Below, piece after piece: positions 17,094 through 32,402 of a DNA stretch of 64,000 bases; position 1 is the first letter of the stretch; each line of letters begins with the position of its first letter. Below the pieces are notes generated by a model that was not told the origin of the DNA, did not search any database, and saw only the letters and a program-made list of their open reading frames with translations. The position numbers and the translations under genes are program-made. The DNA lies in NCBI RefSeq assembly GCF_009931435.1, contig NZ_CP043414.1, one strand, 5' to 3'. Source of the DNA: Escherichia coli (GTDB taxonomy: Bacteria; Pseudomonadota; Gammaproteobacteria; Enterobacterales; Enterobacteriaceae).

Positions 17094-17552
17094 TTATTCG
17101 ATGGGTAAAGAAGTGGTGTATTTAATCTGTTCCATCGCGAAGCTGGAAGTGACGTCCGACAGCCCCGGCACGCTGTTTACCAGACGCTTATAAAACTCGT
17201 CGTAGCGTTTCATATCGGCAACCTGGACGCGCATCAGATAATCGTATTCCCCGGCCATGCGCCAGAACCCCAGCACTTCTGGCATTTCAGTAACCACCGT
17301 CACAAAGCGGCAATACCATTCGCTGCTGTGATGTTGCGTTTTTATCAGCACAAAGGCGGTCAGACCGAGGCCAATTTTTTCCGGGTCCAACAGGGCGACT
17401 TTGCCGATAAGGATACCGTCATCCTCCAACCGTTTCAGTCGCTTCCAGCAAGGCGTGGTTGTCAGATTAACGGCTTCAGCCAATGCCTGCAAAGAGAGGG
17501 TGCAATCCTGCTGTAGTAAGGCCAGCAGCTTACGGTCAATTTTATCTAACAT
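17094..17552 (-). CDS. decR: Lrp/AsnC-family transcriptional regulator DecR (YbaO), 152 aa
   Basis: ORF 17094..17660 trimmed to ATG at 17552 ([48 protein letters not shown]...). Confidence 0.9.
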
Positions 17553-17663
17553 AACCCTTCCACAGAGAAATTTTTTCTCTTTTAATTCTATTTTAAAGGT
17601 GAAATCGCGACAATTTATTCTGTGCGGTTTAAACACCACGGCACAAAATGACAAATTCAACGC

Positions 17664-17687
17664 AAAAAAAACCGGGCAATTGCCCGG
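17664..17687 (-). terminator. Rho-independent terminator after cof
   Basis: Palindrome ccgggcaattgcccgg with a T-run on the minus strand (aaaaaaaa on plus), just downstream of the cof stop. Confidence 0.6.
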
Positions 17688-17704
17688 TGCTGGAAGGGAT
17701 CTCG

Positions 17705-18523
17705 TTATTCGGGGGAATAAGGTAGATGTGGATAGTCCAGCCAGTGTGTCAAATAGTGAGAGACAGCCTGATTTCGGCAGTGTCCAATCACCGGTAAATG
17801 AGGGAGCTCCGCGCGCAGTTGCGGCATCGCATTGCCCATAATAAAGCCGCTACCGACGCTGCCTAACATTTCGCGATCGTTCATCGCATCACCAAAGGCC
17901 ATGCAATCGCGCAACGATAAACCTAAATGTTGGGTCAGCACCGTCAATGCAGCGCCTTTATTGCAGCCCACCGGGAGCACTTCGAGGCAATCAGTCGCGG
18001 AAAAACACAAATGTGCACGCTCGCCTAATGCTTCGTGTAGTTGGATCTGCAAGCGTGTAAGATCGTCGTGATCGCCACAGAAGCAGATCTTGGTGACGCG
18101 ATCGAGTGGCATTTTTTTAACATCGATTATCTGATAACGAAAACCGCTATAGACAAATGCCTGCAACAACGCAGGGATCTCTTTTCCGGTAAACCAACCA
18201 TCGTCATTGAAAATATGCATGCTAGCTCGGGTATCCCATTGCTGATACAGCACCAGCTCTGCCACATCCGCAGGTAAATCATCACGATGTAAAAGTTCAC
18301 CTTCCAGAGAATGCACGCGCGTTCCGTTGCCGGTAATCAAATACGCATCCAGCGATAGCGCCCCGAGAATATGCTGCATCTCCAGCGCATGACGACCTGT
18401 GGCGAAAGTGAGGGTAATGTCGCGTTCACGCAGTCGTGCCAAAGTAGAGAGTGTTTTCTCACCTAAATGATGGTCAGGCATCAATAAAGTGCCGTCCATA
18501 TCAAATGCTGCCAGACGAGCCAT
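17705..18523 (-). CDS. cof: HAD-superfamily HMP-PP phosphatase Cof (272 aa)
   Basis: ORF 17705..18535; start taken at [14 protein letters not shown] (HAD motif I DxDGT); the ATG 12 nt upstream is an alternative. Confidence 0.9.
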
Positions 18524-18622
18524 TTCTTTCTCCACTCTGTGACACGGTTAATAGCGATTGAGTATCACCTGATATATACGGAAGTAATAGTGAATAGTTA
18601 AATAATATTGTTCCGGGTTTAT

Positions 18623-20323
18623 ATGCGACTGCTCAACCGTCTTAACCAGTATCAACGTCTGTGGCAACCTTCCGCCGGAAAGCCGCAAACCGTCACCGTC
18701 AGCGAACTGGCCGAACGCTGTTTTTGCAGCGAACGCCATGTTCGTACGCTGTTACGCCAGGCACAGGAGGCGGGATGGCTGGAGTGGCAGGCGCAGTCAG
18801 GACGCGGAAAGCGCGGTCAACTACGCTTTCTGGTCACGCCAGAATCGCTACGCAATGCGATGATGGAACAGGCGCTGGAAACCGGAAAGCAGCAAGATGT
18901 GCTGGAGCTGGCGCAACTGGCCCCAGGTGAGCTGCGGACCCTGTTACAGCCGTTTATGGGCGGACAATGGCAAAACGATACGCCCACGTTGCGTATTCCC
19001 TACTATCGCCCGCTCGAACCGCTACAACCGGGCTTTTTGCCCGGCCGTGCCGAGCAGCATCTCGCCGGACAGATATTTTCCGGCCTGACCCGCTTCGATA
19101 ATAATACCCAGCGCCCGATTGGTGATTTAGCGCATCACTGGGAAACCTCTGCTGACGGGTTACGCTGGGACTTTTATCTTCGTTCAACCCTACACTGGCA
19201 TAACGGCGATGCAGTAAAAGCCTCACACTTACACCAGCGGTTATTGATGCTGTTACAACTGCCAGCACTGGGTCAATTATTTATTAGCGTGAAGCGTATT
19301 GAAGTCACCCATCCGCAGTGTCTGACCTTCTTTTTACATCGCCCCGATCACTGGCTTGCGCACCGGCTGGCGAGCTACTGCAGCCATCTGGCGCATCCGC
19401 AATTCCCCCTGATCGGCACTGGTCCTTTTCGCTTAACACAATTCACAGCGGAACTGGTGCGCCTGGAGAGCCATGATTATTACCATTTGCGTCATCCGCT
19501 GCTTAAAGCGGTTGAGTACTGGATAACTCCGCCGCTTTTCGAAAAAGATTTGGGAACCAGTTGTCGGCATCCCGTGCAAATCACCATCGGCAAACCGGAG
19601 GAGCTGCAACGCGTCAGCCAGGTCAGTAGCGGCATCAGTTTAGGTTTTTGCTATTTAACGTTGTGCAAAAGTCCCCGACTGTCCCTCTGGCAGGCGCGAA
19701 AAGTGATCTCCATTATTCATCAATCCGGTTTATTACAAACGTTAGAAGTCGGAGAAAACCTGATCACCGCCAGTCATGCATTACTGCCTGGCTGGACTAT
19801 TCCACAATGGCAAGTACCGGATGAAGTCAAACTACCGAAAACCTTGACGCTGGTTTATCACCTACCGATAGAACTTCATACCATGGCAGAACGCCTACAG
19901 GCGACACTGGCAGCGGAAGGCTGTGAACTCACGATTATTTTTCATAACGCAAAAAACTGGGACGACACGACCCTACTAGCACACGCAGACCTCATGATGG
20001 GCGACAGGTTAATTGGCGAAGCACCGGAATATACCCTGGAGCAATGGCTGCGTTGCGATCCACTGTGGCCACATGTTTTCGACGCTCCAGCATATGCACA
20101 TTTGCAATCGACACTGGACGCGGTGCAAGTAATGCCTGATGAGGAAAACCGATTTAATGCCCTGAAAGCGGTTTTTAGCCAGTTAATGGCAGATGCGACG
20201 CTGACGCCGCTGTTCAACTATCACTATCGCATTAGCGCCCCTCCCGGCGTGAACGGTGTGCGGCTGACACCGCGAGGCTGGTTTGAATTTACCGAAGCCT
20301 GGCTTCCCGCGCCGTCGCAATGA
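18623..20323 (+). CDS. ybaE: Uncharacterised SgrR-like / solute-binding-domain protein YbaE (about 566 aa)
   Basis: ORF 18608..20323 (MRLLNRLNQYQRLWQPSAGKPQTVTVSELAERCFCSERHVRTLLRQAQEAGWLEWQ...); start ATG 18608 or 18623. Confidence 0.85.
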   Translation: MRLLNRLNQYQRLWQPSAGKPQTVTVSELAERCFCSERHVRTLLRQAQEAGWLEWQAQSGRGKRGQLRFLVTPESLRNAMMEQALETGKQQDVLELAQLAPGELRTLLQPFMGGQWQNDTPTLRIPYYRPLEPLQPGFLPGRAEQHLAGQIFSGLTRFDNNTQRPIGDLAHHWETSADGLRWDFYLRSTLHWHNGDAVKASHLHQRLLMLLQLPALGQLFISVKRIEVTHPQCLTFFLHRPDHWLAHRLASYCSHLAHPQFPLIGTGPFRLTQFTAELVRLESHDYYHLRHPLLKAVEYWITPPLFEKDLGTSCRHPVQITIGKPEELQRVSQVSSGISLGFCYLTLCKSPRLSLWQARKVISIIHQSGLLQTLEVGENLITASHALLPGWTIPQWQVPDEVKLPKTLTLVYHLPIELHTMAERLQATLAAEGCELTIIFHNAKNWDDTTLLAHADLMMGDRLIGEAPEYTLEQWLRCDPLWPHVFDAPAYAHLQSTLDAVQVMPDEENRFNALKAVFSQLMADATLTPLFNYHYRISAPPGVNGVRLTPRGWFEFTEAWLPAPSQ

Positions 20324-20387
20324 ATAGCTGGTCCGGGTTAATCGCAGGCGTTACCATAACGCTTTTATTGTTCAAGCAGGATTATCT

Positions 20388-21083
20388 ATGAAACGTGCTG
20401 TCGTTGTGTTCAGTGGAGGCCAGGATTCCACCACCTGTCTGGTGCAGGCATTACAACAATATGATGAAGTCCATTGCGTGACGTTCGATTACGGTCAGCG
20501 ACATCGCGCAGAAATCGACGTGGCACGCGAACTGGCGCTGAAACTGGGGGCACGCGCGCATAAGGTTCTTGATGTAACGCTGCTCAACGAACTGGCGGTC
20601 AGTAGCCTGACACGTGACAGCATTCCGGTGCCTGATTATGAACCTGAAGCTGATGGCATCCCGAATACGTTTGTCCCTGGGCGTAATATTTTGTTCCTGA
20701 CACTGGCGGCAATATATGCGTATCAGGTAAAAGCAGAAGCCGTAATTACCGGCGTCTGCGAAACGGATTTCTCCGGTTACCCGGATTGCCGCGATGAGTT
20801 TGTGAAAGCACTAAACCATGCCGTCAGTTTAGGCATGGCGAAAGATATTCGTTTTGAAACGCCGCTGATGTGGATTGATAAAGCGGAAACCTGGGCGCTG
20901 GCTGATTATTACGGCAAACTAGATTTAGTCCGTAACGAAACGTTGACCTGCTATAACGGCATTAAAGGCGACGGTTGCGGTCATTGTGCGGCGTGTAATT
21001 TACGCTCCAACGGTTTGCATCATTATCTGGCCGATAAACCGACGGTGATGGCAGCGATGAAGCAGAAAACCGGGTTGAAGTAA
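20388..21083 (+). CDS. queC: 7-cyano-7-deazaguanine synthase QueC (231 aa)
   Basis: [42 protein letters not shown] (PP-loop SGGxDS) with C-terminal Cys cluster. Confidence 0.97.
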   Translation: MKRAVVVFSGGQDSTTCLVQALQQYDEVHCVTFDYGQRHRAEIDVARELALKLGARAHKVLDVTLLNELAVSSLTRDSIPVPDYEPEADGIPNTFVPGRNILFLTLAAIYAYQVKAEAVITGVCETDFSGYPDCRDEFVKALNHAVSLGMAKDIRFETPLMWIDKAETWALADYYGKLDLVRNETLTCYNGIKGDGCGHCAACNLRSNGLHHYLADKPTVMAAMKQKTGLK

Positions 21084-21097
21084 TTATTCCGGGTGTC

Positions 21098-21122
21098 GCC
21101 GGATGCGGCTTGAGCATCCGGC
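21098..21122. repeat. REP-like palindromic element between queC and fadM
   Basis: gccggatgcggcttgagcatccggc imperfect palindrome of the REP type. Confidence 0.5.
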
Positions 21123-21134
21123 ACCACAAAACGT

Positions 21135-21533
21135 TTACTTAACCATCTGCTCCAGCTTTTCGCGCAATTCCCCTTCCAGAGCTAATGCTTTCTGCGTTTT
21201 AAGATCAATACAAACAAACGTAATAAGCGCATCCGCGACCACCTGCCCTTCCGGCTCCAGTGTAATGACCTGGCTTAAGATGCCGCTTTTACCGTTTAAT
21301 TGCTGCAACTGACTGGTAATGGTTAACAGGTCGCTTAATACCGCCGGGCGACGATAGTTAATATTGATATTGACCACGACGAAGGCGATGTTATGGGCCG
21401 TCATCCACTGAAAACTGTCGCTATTTTCCAACCCATCCCAGCGGGCTTCTTCGAGAAACTCAAGGTAGCGGGCGTTGTTTACGTGCTGGTAAACGTCGAG
21501 ATGATATCCACGAACTTTGATTTGTGTTTGCAT
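21135..21533 (-). CDS. fadM: Long-chain acyl-CoA thioesterase FadM (132 aa)
   Basis: ORF MQTQIKVRGYHLDVYQHVNNARYLEFLEEARWDGLE... (hotdog fold). Confidence 0.95.
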   Translation of the reverse strand: MQTQIKVRGYHLDVYQHVNNARYLEFLEEARWDGLENSDSFQWMTAHNIAFVVVNININYRRPAVLSDLLTITSQLQQLNGKSGILSQVITLEPEGQVVADALITFVCIDLKTQKALALEGELREKLEQMVK

Positions 21534-21586
21534 AGCGCAATAACCTTACGTTGTTGTTATAAGAACTGTTATAAGTACAGAGGTCA

Positions 21587-21618
<32 letters not shown>

Positions 21619-21619
21619 T

Positions 21620-22052
<433 letters not shown>

Positions 22053-22066
22053 ACAGTGAAAACAGG

Positions 22067-24032
<1,966 letters not shown>

Positions 24033-24223
24033 GGTGTAACAACACTCCGCTGTAGATGACTGTGTACCTCACGCAACGTATCGATGCGCGCAAAGGCCTA
24101 TTGTGACAAGAAACGGGGGCAATTGTCAGCCCACAAGACGCAGAAAGTCACCGAATACAAATAAAAAAGGCACATCAGTAGATGCGCCCTTGAACTTCGT
24201 CACACCCCCACTGGGGACAACGC

Positions 24224-24496
24224 TTAGTTTACCGCGTCTTTCAGTGCTTTACCTGCACGGAAGCTCGGTACTTTAGCGGCAGCGATGGTGATCTCTTTAC
24301 CGGTCTGCGGGTTGCGGCCAGTACGGGCAGCACGCTCTTTAACGGCAAAAGTACCAAAACCTACCAGTGCTACATCATCCCCTTCTTTCAGAGATTCAGT
24401 TACGGAAGCAATAATAGCATCTAACGCACGGCCAGCCGCAGCTTTAGAGATATCAGCCCCTGCAGCAATCTTGTCGATCAATTGAGATTTATTCAC
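24224..24496 (-). CDS. hupB: DNA-binding protein HU-beta (90 aa)
   Basis: [93 protein letters not shown]. Confidence 0.97.
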
Positions 24497-24635
24497 TCTT
24501 CTCTTCCTCTTTATAATTTATATCGCACTTGAATCCTTCAAGGTACGAACGCGCAGCAGTTATATCAGGCCAGCCATCCCCTTACAACACCCCTTAATAA
24601 GGGCAAGCCCAATCCGCCATCTAACTTAGCGAGAC

Positions 24636-24680
24636 AAAAAAAGGCTGGCAAGTCCGAATTAGCCTGCCAGCCCTGTTTTT
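24636..24680 (-). terminator. Rho-independent terminator after lon (bidirectional hairpin)
   Basis: aaaaaaa-ggctggca-(14 nt)-tgccagcc-ctgttttt directly downstream of the lon stop. Confidence 0.7.
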
Positions 24681-24704
24681 ATTAGTGCATTTTGCGCGAG
24701 GTCA

Positions 24705-27059
24705 CTATTTTGCAGTCACAACCTGCATGCCAGACGGTTCATTTTGCAGCGCCAGAGTCAGAACTTCCTCAATGCGTTTCACAGGATGAATGTCCAGATC
24801 AGCAATTACGTTGTCAGGAATCTCTTCCAGATCGCGTTTATTTTCGAACGGAATTAACACTGTTTTAATCCCGCCGCGATGCGCTGCCAGTAGTTTTTCT
24901 TTCAAACCACCGATCGGCAGTACCTGACCACGCAGAGTGATCTCACCGGTCATTGCCACATCGGCACGAACCGGGTTACCGGTCAGGCAAGAAACCAGCG
25001 CGGTGCACATAGCAATACCGGCACTCGGACCATCTTTTGGCGTCGCACCTTCAGGTACGTGGACGTGGATGTCGCGTTTTTCGTAAAAATCAGGGTTGAT
25101 CCCCAGTTTTTCCGCACGCGCACGAACCACCGTTAACGCCGCCTGAATGGACTCCTGCATCACTTCGCCGAGCGAACCGGTATAGGTCAGTTTGCCTTTA
25201 CCCGGAACGCACGCGGTTTCAATGGTAAGTAAGTCACCGCCCACTTCCGTCCACGCCAGACCGGTTACCTGACCGACACGGTTTTCGTTATCCGCGCGTC
25301 CATAGTCGAAACGCTGAACACCGAGGTAGTCATGCAGGTTATCGCCGTTAATTTCGATATGTTTTAATGACTTATCGAGCAGTAACTGCTTAACCGCTTT
25401 GCGGCACAGTTTGGAGATTTCACGTTCCAGACCACGTACGCCCGCCTCACGGGTGTAGTAACGAATAATGCCGATAATGGCGCTATCGTCGACGGTCAGC
25501 TCACCTTTTTTCAGTGCATTACGTTCAATCTGCTTTGGCAGCAGGTGACGTTTGGCGATGTTCAGTTTTTCATCTTCGGTATAACCGGAGAGGCGAATCA
25601 CTTCCATACGGTCCAGCAGTGGTGCCGGAATGTTCATGGAGTTTGACGTCGCGACAAACATCACGTCGCTGAGATCGTAATCCACTTCCAGGTAGTGGTC
25701 GCTGAACGCTACGTTCTGCTCTGGATCCAGCACTTCAAGCAGTGCGGAAGCCGGATCGCCACGCATGTCAGAAGACATTTTGTCGATCTCATCGAGCAGG
25801 AACAGCGGGTTTTTCACGCCCACTTTCGCCATTTTCTGGATCAGTTTACCCGGCATAGAACCGATGTAAGTACGGCGGTGACCACGGATTTCCGCTTCGT
25901 CACGCACGCCGCCCAGCGCCATACGAACATATTTACGTCCGGTAGCTTTGGCGATGGACTGACCAAGAGAAGTTTTACCTACCCCCGGCGGCCCAACCAG
26001 GCAGAGGATCGGCCCCTTGATTTTGTTGACACGGCTTTGAACCGCAAGATACTCAAGGATACGATCTTTAACGCGCTCCAGACCATAATGGTCGGTATCA
26101 AGGATTTCTTGCGCCTGACGCAGGTCTTTTTTGACCTTGCTACGCGCATTCCACGGCACCTGCACCATCCAGTCGATATAACCACGCACCACGGTCGCTT
26201 CTGCCGACATCGGAGACATCATTTTCAGCTTCTGCAACTCTGCTTCCGCTTTCTCTTTTGCCTCTTTCGGCATTTTCGCCGCGTCGATTTTGCGCTTCAG
26301 GGCTTCGTTTTCGTCCGGTGCATCGTCCATTTCGCCGAGTTCTTTCTGAATAGCTTTCATTTGCTCGTTCAGATAGTACTCACGCTGGGATTTTTCCATC
26401 TGCTTTTTAACGCGGTTGCGAATGCGTTTCTCAACCTGCAGCAGATCGATTTCCGATTCCATCATCGCCATCAGATATTCCAGACGTTCGTTGACGTCGG
26501 ACATCTCCAGAACAGACTGTTTGTCAGCGAGTTTCAGCGGCATATGCGCAGCAATGGTATCCGCCAGACGCGCCGGATCGTCGATGCTGTTCAGCGACGT
26601 CAGCACTTCTGGTGGGATTTTTTTGTTCAGCTTGATATAACCTTCAAACTGGCTGATTGCGGTGCGCACCAGCACTTCCTGTTCCCGCTCATCAATGGTC
26701 GGCGACTCCAGATACTCCGCCTTCGCAGAAAAGTGTTCGCCATTGTCAGAGAGCGCAGAAATACGCGCGCGCTGTAACCCCTCGACCAGCACTTTGACGG
26801 TGCCGTCAGGCAGTTTCAGCATCTGCAATATAGAGGCCACGGTCCCGACGGTGAAAAGATCGTTTACACCCGGCTCATCCGTTGAAGCTTCTTTCTGCGC
26901 GACCAGCATAATTTTTTTATCATGGTCCATCGCCGCTTCCAGACAACGGATAGATTTTTCCCGCCCGACAAATAAGGGGATGACCATGTGCGGATAAACC
27001 ACCACATCGCGCAGCGGCAATACGGGGATTTCAATGCGTTCAGAACGCTCAGGATTCAT
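24705..27059 (-). CDS. lon: ATP-dependent Lon protease (784 aa)
   Basis: ORF 24705..27104 trimmed to ATG at 27059 ([44 protein letters not shown]...); Walker [10 protein letters not shown]. Confidence 0.97.
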   Translation of the reverse strand: MNPERSERIEIPVLPLRDVVVYPHMVIPLFVGREKSIRCLEAAMDHDKKIMLVAQKEASTDEPGVNDLFTVGTVASILQMLKLPDGTVKVLVEGLQRARISALSDNGEHFSAKAEYLESPTIDEREQEVLVRTAISQFEGYIKLNKKIPPEVLTSLNSIDDPARLADTIAAHMPLKLADKQSVLEMSDVNERLEYLMAMMESEIDLLQVEKRIRNRVKKQMEKSQREYYLNEQMKAIQKELGEMDDAPDENEALKRKIDAAKMPKEAKEKAEAELQKLKMMSPMSAEATVVRGYIDWMVQVPWNARSKVKKDLRQAQEILDTDHYGLERVKDRILEYLAVQSRVNKIKGPILCLVGPPGVGKTSLGQSIAKATGRKYVRMALGGVRDEAEIRGHRRTYIGSMPGKLIQKMAKVGVKNPLFLLDEIDKMSSDMRGDPASALLEVLDPEQNVAFSDHYLEVDYDLSDVMFVATSNSMNIPAPLLDRMEVIRLSGYTEDEKLNIAKRHLLPKQIERNALKKGELTVDDSAIIGIIRYYTREAGVRGLEREISKLCRKAVKQLLLDKSLKHIEINGDNLHDYLGVQRFDYGRADNENRVGQVTGLAWTEVGGDLLTIETACVPGKGKLTYTGSLGEVMQESIQAALTVVRARAEKLGINPDFYEKRDIHVHVPEGATPKDGPSAGIAMCTALVSCLTGNPVRADVAMTGEITLRGQVLPIGGLKEKLLAAHRGGIKTVLIPFENKRDLEEIPDNVIADLDIHPVKRIEEVLTLALQNEPSGMQVVTAK

Positions 27060-27142
27060 AGAGCTCTCTCTTAGTTTAATTTCCGCCAGGTAATCAGATG
27101 ACACGACTGTGCTTCACGCCATCTATTAACATGTACGTCAGT

Positions 27143-27170
27143 ATATGGGGATGTTTCCCCCACATTCAAC
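27143..27170 (-). promoter_or_regulatory. sigma32 heat-shock promoter of lon
   Basis: Minus strand reads TTGAAT-gtgggggaaacat-CCCCATAT, matching the sigma32 -35/-10 consensus (cTTGAAa / CCCCATnT), about 85 nt upstream of the lon ATG. Confidence 0.7.
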
Positions 27171-27189
27171 GCCGAGAATAGAGGAAAAA

Positions 27190-27222
27190 TTAAAGGGGAG
27201 ATAAAATCCCCCCTTTTTGGTT
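27190..27222 (-). terminator. Rho-independent terminator after clpX
   Basis: Minus strand gggggga-ttttatc-tcccc followed by tttaattttt, just downstream of the clpX stop. Confidence 0.6.
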
Positions 27223-27246
27223 AACTAATTGTGTGGAAATGGTTAA

Positions 27247-28521
27247 TTATTCACCAGATGCCTGCTGAGCTTCCGGCTTGCCATAAATCAGCAACGGTTT
27301 GCTTTGGCCATCAATTACCGACTCGTCGATAACCACTTTTTCGACATCTTCCATGGACGGCAGATCATACATGGTATCGAGCAGTGCGGCTTCTACGATG
27401 GAACGCAGGCCACGGGCACCGGTTTTACGCGCCATCGCTTTCTTAGCGATAGCATCCAGCGCCTCGTCACGGAATTCCAGATCCACGCCTTCCAGATTAA
27501 ACAGCGCCTGATACTGCTTGGTCAGGGCGTTTTTCGGCTCTTTGAGGATCTGAATCAGAGCTTCTTCGCTCAGTTCATTCAACGTTGCGACAACCGGCAG
27601 ACGACCAATGAACTCAGGGATCAGACCAAACTTGATCAGATCTTCCGGTTCAACCTGCGCCAGCAGCTCGCCTTCACTTGCTTTGTCAGATTTCGCTTTT
27701 ACCGTCGCGCCAAAACCAATGCCGGAGCCTGTTTCTACACGATGGGAAATCACTTTATCCAGACCGGCAAACGCACCGCCACAGATAAACAGGATCTTAG
27801 AGGTATCAACCTGCAAGAATTCCTGCTGCGGATGTTTACGCCCACCTTGCGGTGGAACAGCAGCTACCGTACCTTCGATCAGTTTCAACAGTGCCTGCTG
27901 TACGCCTTCACCGGAAACGTCTCGGGTAATGGACGGGTTGTCTGACTTACGAGAAATCTTGTCGATTTCATCGATGTAGACAATCCCGCGCTGCGCTTTC
28001 TGTACGTCGTAATCGCACTTTTGCAACAGCTTCTGAATGATGTTTTCAACGTCTTCGCCCACATAACCGGCTTCGGTCAGCGTGGTTGCATCGGCCATGG
28101 TGAACGGGACGTCCAGCAGGCGCGCCAGCGTTTCGGCCAGCAGCGTTTTACCGGAACCGGTCGGACCGATCAGCAGAATGTTACTTTTGCCCAACTCGAC
28201 ACCATTGCTGGTATCGCCGTTGCGCAGACGTTTGTAGTGGTTGTATACCGCGACCGCCAGCACTTTTTTCGCCTGTTCCTGACCGATAACGTAATCGTCC
28301 AGGTGGTTGCGAATTTCATGCGGCGTCGGTAGCGCACTGCGTTCACGATGCGGTGCAACTTCTTTAATCTCTTCGCGAATGATGTCGTTACATAAATCAA
28401 CACATTCGTCGCAGATATACACGGATGGACCGGCAATCAGCTTGCGCACTTCATGCTGGCTTTTGCCGCAAAAAGAGCAATACAGCAATTTGCCTGAGCC
28501 ATCTTTGCGTTTATCTGTCAT
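27247..28521 (-). CDS. clpX: ATP-dependent Clp protease ATP-binding subunit ClpX (424 aa)
   Basis: [51 protein letters not shown] (zinc-binding domain) plus Walker A GPTGSGKT. Confidence 0.98.
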
Positions 28522-28647
28522 GGGTCAAAACCTCTTCTTTGTTCTTTGTGCCGCACACGACGACGCAAATGCCATTCTCAGGCGCAAGCCGCTTTATAGC
28601 GTTGTGCCGCCCTGGATAAGTATAGCGGCACAGTTGCGCCTCTGGCA

Positions 28648-29271
28648 TCAATTACGATGGGTCAGAATCGAATCGACCAGACCGTATTCCACCGCTTCAG
28701 GGGCGGAAAGGAAGCGATCGCGTTCGGTGTCACGTTCAATCTGTTCTAATGATTGACCCGTATGAAGCGCCATAAGTTCATTCATACGCCCTTTAACTTT
28801 CAGAATTTCACGGGCATGAATTTCGATATCGGTCGCCTGGCCCTGGTAGCCGCCCAACGGCTGGTGAATCATCACGCGCGAATTCGGCAGGCAGAAACGT
28901 TTACCTTTTGCCCCGGCGGTCAGCAAGAAAGCGCCCATCGAGGCCGCCTGGCCCATGCAGATGGTGCTGACATCAGGCTTGATAAACTGCATGGTGTCAT
29001 AGATAGACATCCCGGCAGTGATCACCCCGCCTGGGGAGTTAATGTACAGATAGATATCTTTTTCTGGGTTTTCTGCTTCCAGGAACAGCATCTGCGCCAC
29101 AATCAGGTTAGCCATGTGGTCTTCAACCTGGCCAGTCAGAAAAATGACGCGTTCCTTAAGTAGACGAGAATAGATATCAAAAGAGCGCTCACCACGTGAG
29201 GTCTGTTCAATGACCATCGGCACCAGCGCCATATGGGGTGCAAAGTTATCTCGTTCGCCGCTGTATGACAT
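28648..29271 (-). CDS. clpP: ATP-dependent Clp protease proteolytic subunit ClpP (207 aa)
   Basis: [50 protein letters not shown]... Confidence 0.98.
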   Translation of the reverse strand: MSYSGERDNFAPHMALVPMVIEQTSRGERSFDIYSRLLKERVIFLTGQVEDHMANLIVAQMLFLEAENPEKDIYLYINSPGGVITAGMSIYDTMQFIKPDVSTICMGQAASMGAFLLTAGAKGKRFCLPNSRVMIHQPLGGYQGQATDIEIHAREILKVKGRMNELMALHTGQSLEQIERDTERDRFLSAPEAVEYGLVDSILTHRN

Positions 29272-29451
29272 TTCCGTCTCCTGGATAAAATTGAAAAAAC
29301 CTGCTGTACCGATTGTAACCTTATGGACGGATTATCAGCTAGTCCCTGTGTTATGGGTACGGCATCACCATATTTCAAGCATAACAATCTTTTGTTGTTA
29401 CGCTAACACCGAAAGAGGCTTTTCGCACGGTTCCATGCAAAATTCATGACA

Positions 29452-29488
29452 AAAAAAAGCCCACCACCTGGCGGTGACGGGCCTTTGT
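29452..29488 (-). terminator. Probable terminator after tig
   Basis: GC-rich imperfect hairpin (gcccaccacctggcggtgacgggc) followed by a T-run on the minus strand (aaaaaaaa on plus). Confidence 0.45.
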
Positions 29489-29516
29489 GCGAATTTAGCG
29501 CGTTATGCTGCGTAAA

Positions 29517-30824
<1,308 letters not shown>

Positions 30825-31158
30825 TCAAAAAATCACAGTGCTCGGTCAACTCTTACCCCGCAAGCACAGGTTGTTGGCTTCGCGGAACCGGGATGTTCTT
30901 ATAATCAATCACATTCCCTGTTACCAGAATCATCCCGAAAGCATTCAAATAGGACGCGGCATTATAGCGGCATCACTTTTATGAGTCGAGAACGGTTATT
31001 GCGCGCTGTCGCGTATTTTTTCACAATTCCCGGGCAATTTTCGTCTGAATGCTGGGCAAAAAGCGCAAAATCCAGACAAAACAAAACGGCCCGCAGGCCG
31101 TTTTTCATAAAATCTTTAGCAACATACTGGAAAAGCGCCGACAGTTGCAAATGCGTTT

Positions 31159-31476
31159 TTACGCGATGCTTCCTGCTCCACGACAGGGAGGAGAGGCAAA
31201 GACGGTGTCCTGCAACCCTTCCCACTCCTTAATAGTGTAAGTATGCAGAGCCAGCGCATGAACGGTAGTAGAGAGTTCCTCCGCTAAAGTACTGTAAATC
31301 ATTCGATGACGATTCAGAAAACGTTCACCCGTAAAACGATCGCTGACCAGCACAACTTTAAAATGGCTTTCAGAGCCGGCTGGGACATTGTGACGATAGC
31401 TTTCATCCACTACTTCGAGGAATACGGGTTGGAACGCCGCCCTTAATTTTTCTTCTATCCGCTCACGTATCATCAT
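31159..31476 (-). CDS. bolA: Stress/morphogene transcriptional regulator BolA (105 aa)
   Basis: ORF 31159..31509 trimmed to internal Met ([48 protein letters not shown]...). Confidence 0.93.
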
Positions 31477-31780
31477 GAAATATCTCCTCCGACAACGCTG
31501 AGATGTCATCCATCCCTTTAAATACTAGCCGCTTTTACCGTTTCCATTGCAGCTTAACAACAAATATTTAGGTTTCGTCCTGGTTTTTCCGTCAAGCGTA
31601 TGAAGTTTACTGATTTAAAGATTGAAACACAGGCCTCGCATCAGCGTTTCTTTTACCAGGGGCGATTATTTCGTCAACATGATGAATTTACATGCCTTAC
31701 CCACTTCCCCTCGCCGTTGGCAATGTTATGATGGCGGGAATTTTTACCAAACACGCTTAAGAGTCTCTGAGAGCCCGAAC

Positions 31781-32359
31781 ATGTTCAAAAAAATCCTCTT
31801 CCCGTTAGTTGCTCTGTTTATGCTTGCAGGATGCGCAAAACCGCCAACAACTATTGAAGTTTCACCGACGATAACACTGCCACAGCAGGATCCAAGCCTG
31901 ATGGGCGTCACCGTAAGCATTAATGGTGCCGATCAGCGTACCGATCAGGCGCTGGCAAAAGTCACCCGCGATAATCAAATCGTTACCCTGACTGCCTCCC
32001 GCGATCTGCGTTTCCTGCTGCAAGAAGTGCTGGAAAAACAGATGACCGCGCGTGGTTACATGGTTGGTCCGAATGGCCCGGTTAATCTGCAAATCATCGT
32101 TAGCCAACTGTATGCTGACGTGTCCCAGGGCAACGTGCGCTATAACATCGCCACCAAAGCGGATATCGCTATCATCGCTACCGCGCAGAATGGCAACAAA
32201 ATGACCAAAAACTATCGTGCCAGCTACAACGTTGAAGGTGCGTTCCAGGCCTCCAACAAAAATATCGCCGATGCGGTTAACAGTGTGCTGACCGATACCA
32301 TCGCTGATATGTCTCAGGACACCAGCATCCACGAATTCATCAAGCAGAACGCGCGTTAA
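31781..32359 (+). CDS. yajG: Lipoprotein YajG (192 aa)
   Basis: ORF 31622..32359 trimmed to ATG 31781 (MFKKILFPLVALFMLAGCAKPP, lipobox LAGC). Confidence 0.9.
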   Translation: MFKKILFPLVALFMLAGCAKPPTTIEVSPTITLPQQDPSLMGVTVSINGADQRTDQALAKVTRDNQIVTLTASRDLRFLLQEVLEKQMTARGYMVGPNGPVNLQIIVSQLYADVSQGNVRYNIATKADIAIIATAQNGNKMTKNYRASYNVEGAFQASNKNIADAVNSVLTDTIADMSQDTSIHEFIKQNAR

Positions 32360-32402
32360 TTTCTGCCCTCTGGCCCGGTGCAAGCCGGGCCTGTAGACGC
32401 CC

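Noticed and set aside
25695-26777. 360-aa ORF on the plus strand, antisense within lon
   Set aside because: Fully embedded in the lon gene on the opposite strand; the translation is Arg/Phe-rich with no domain signature.
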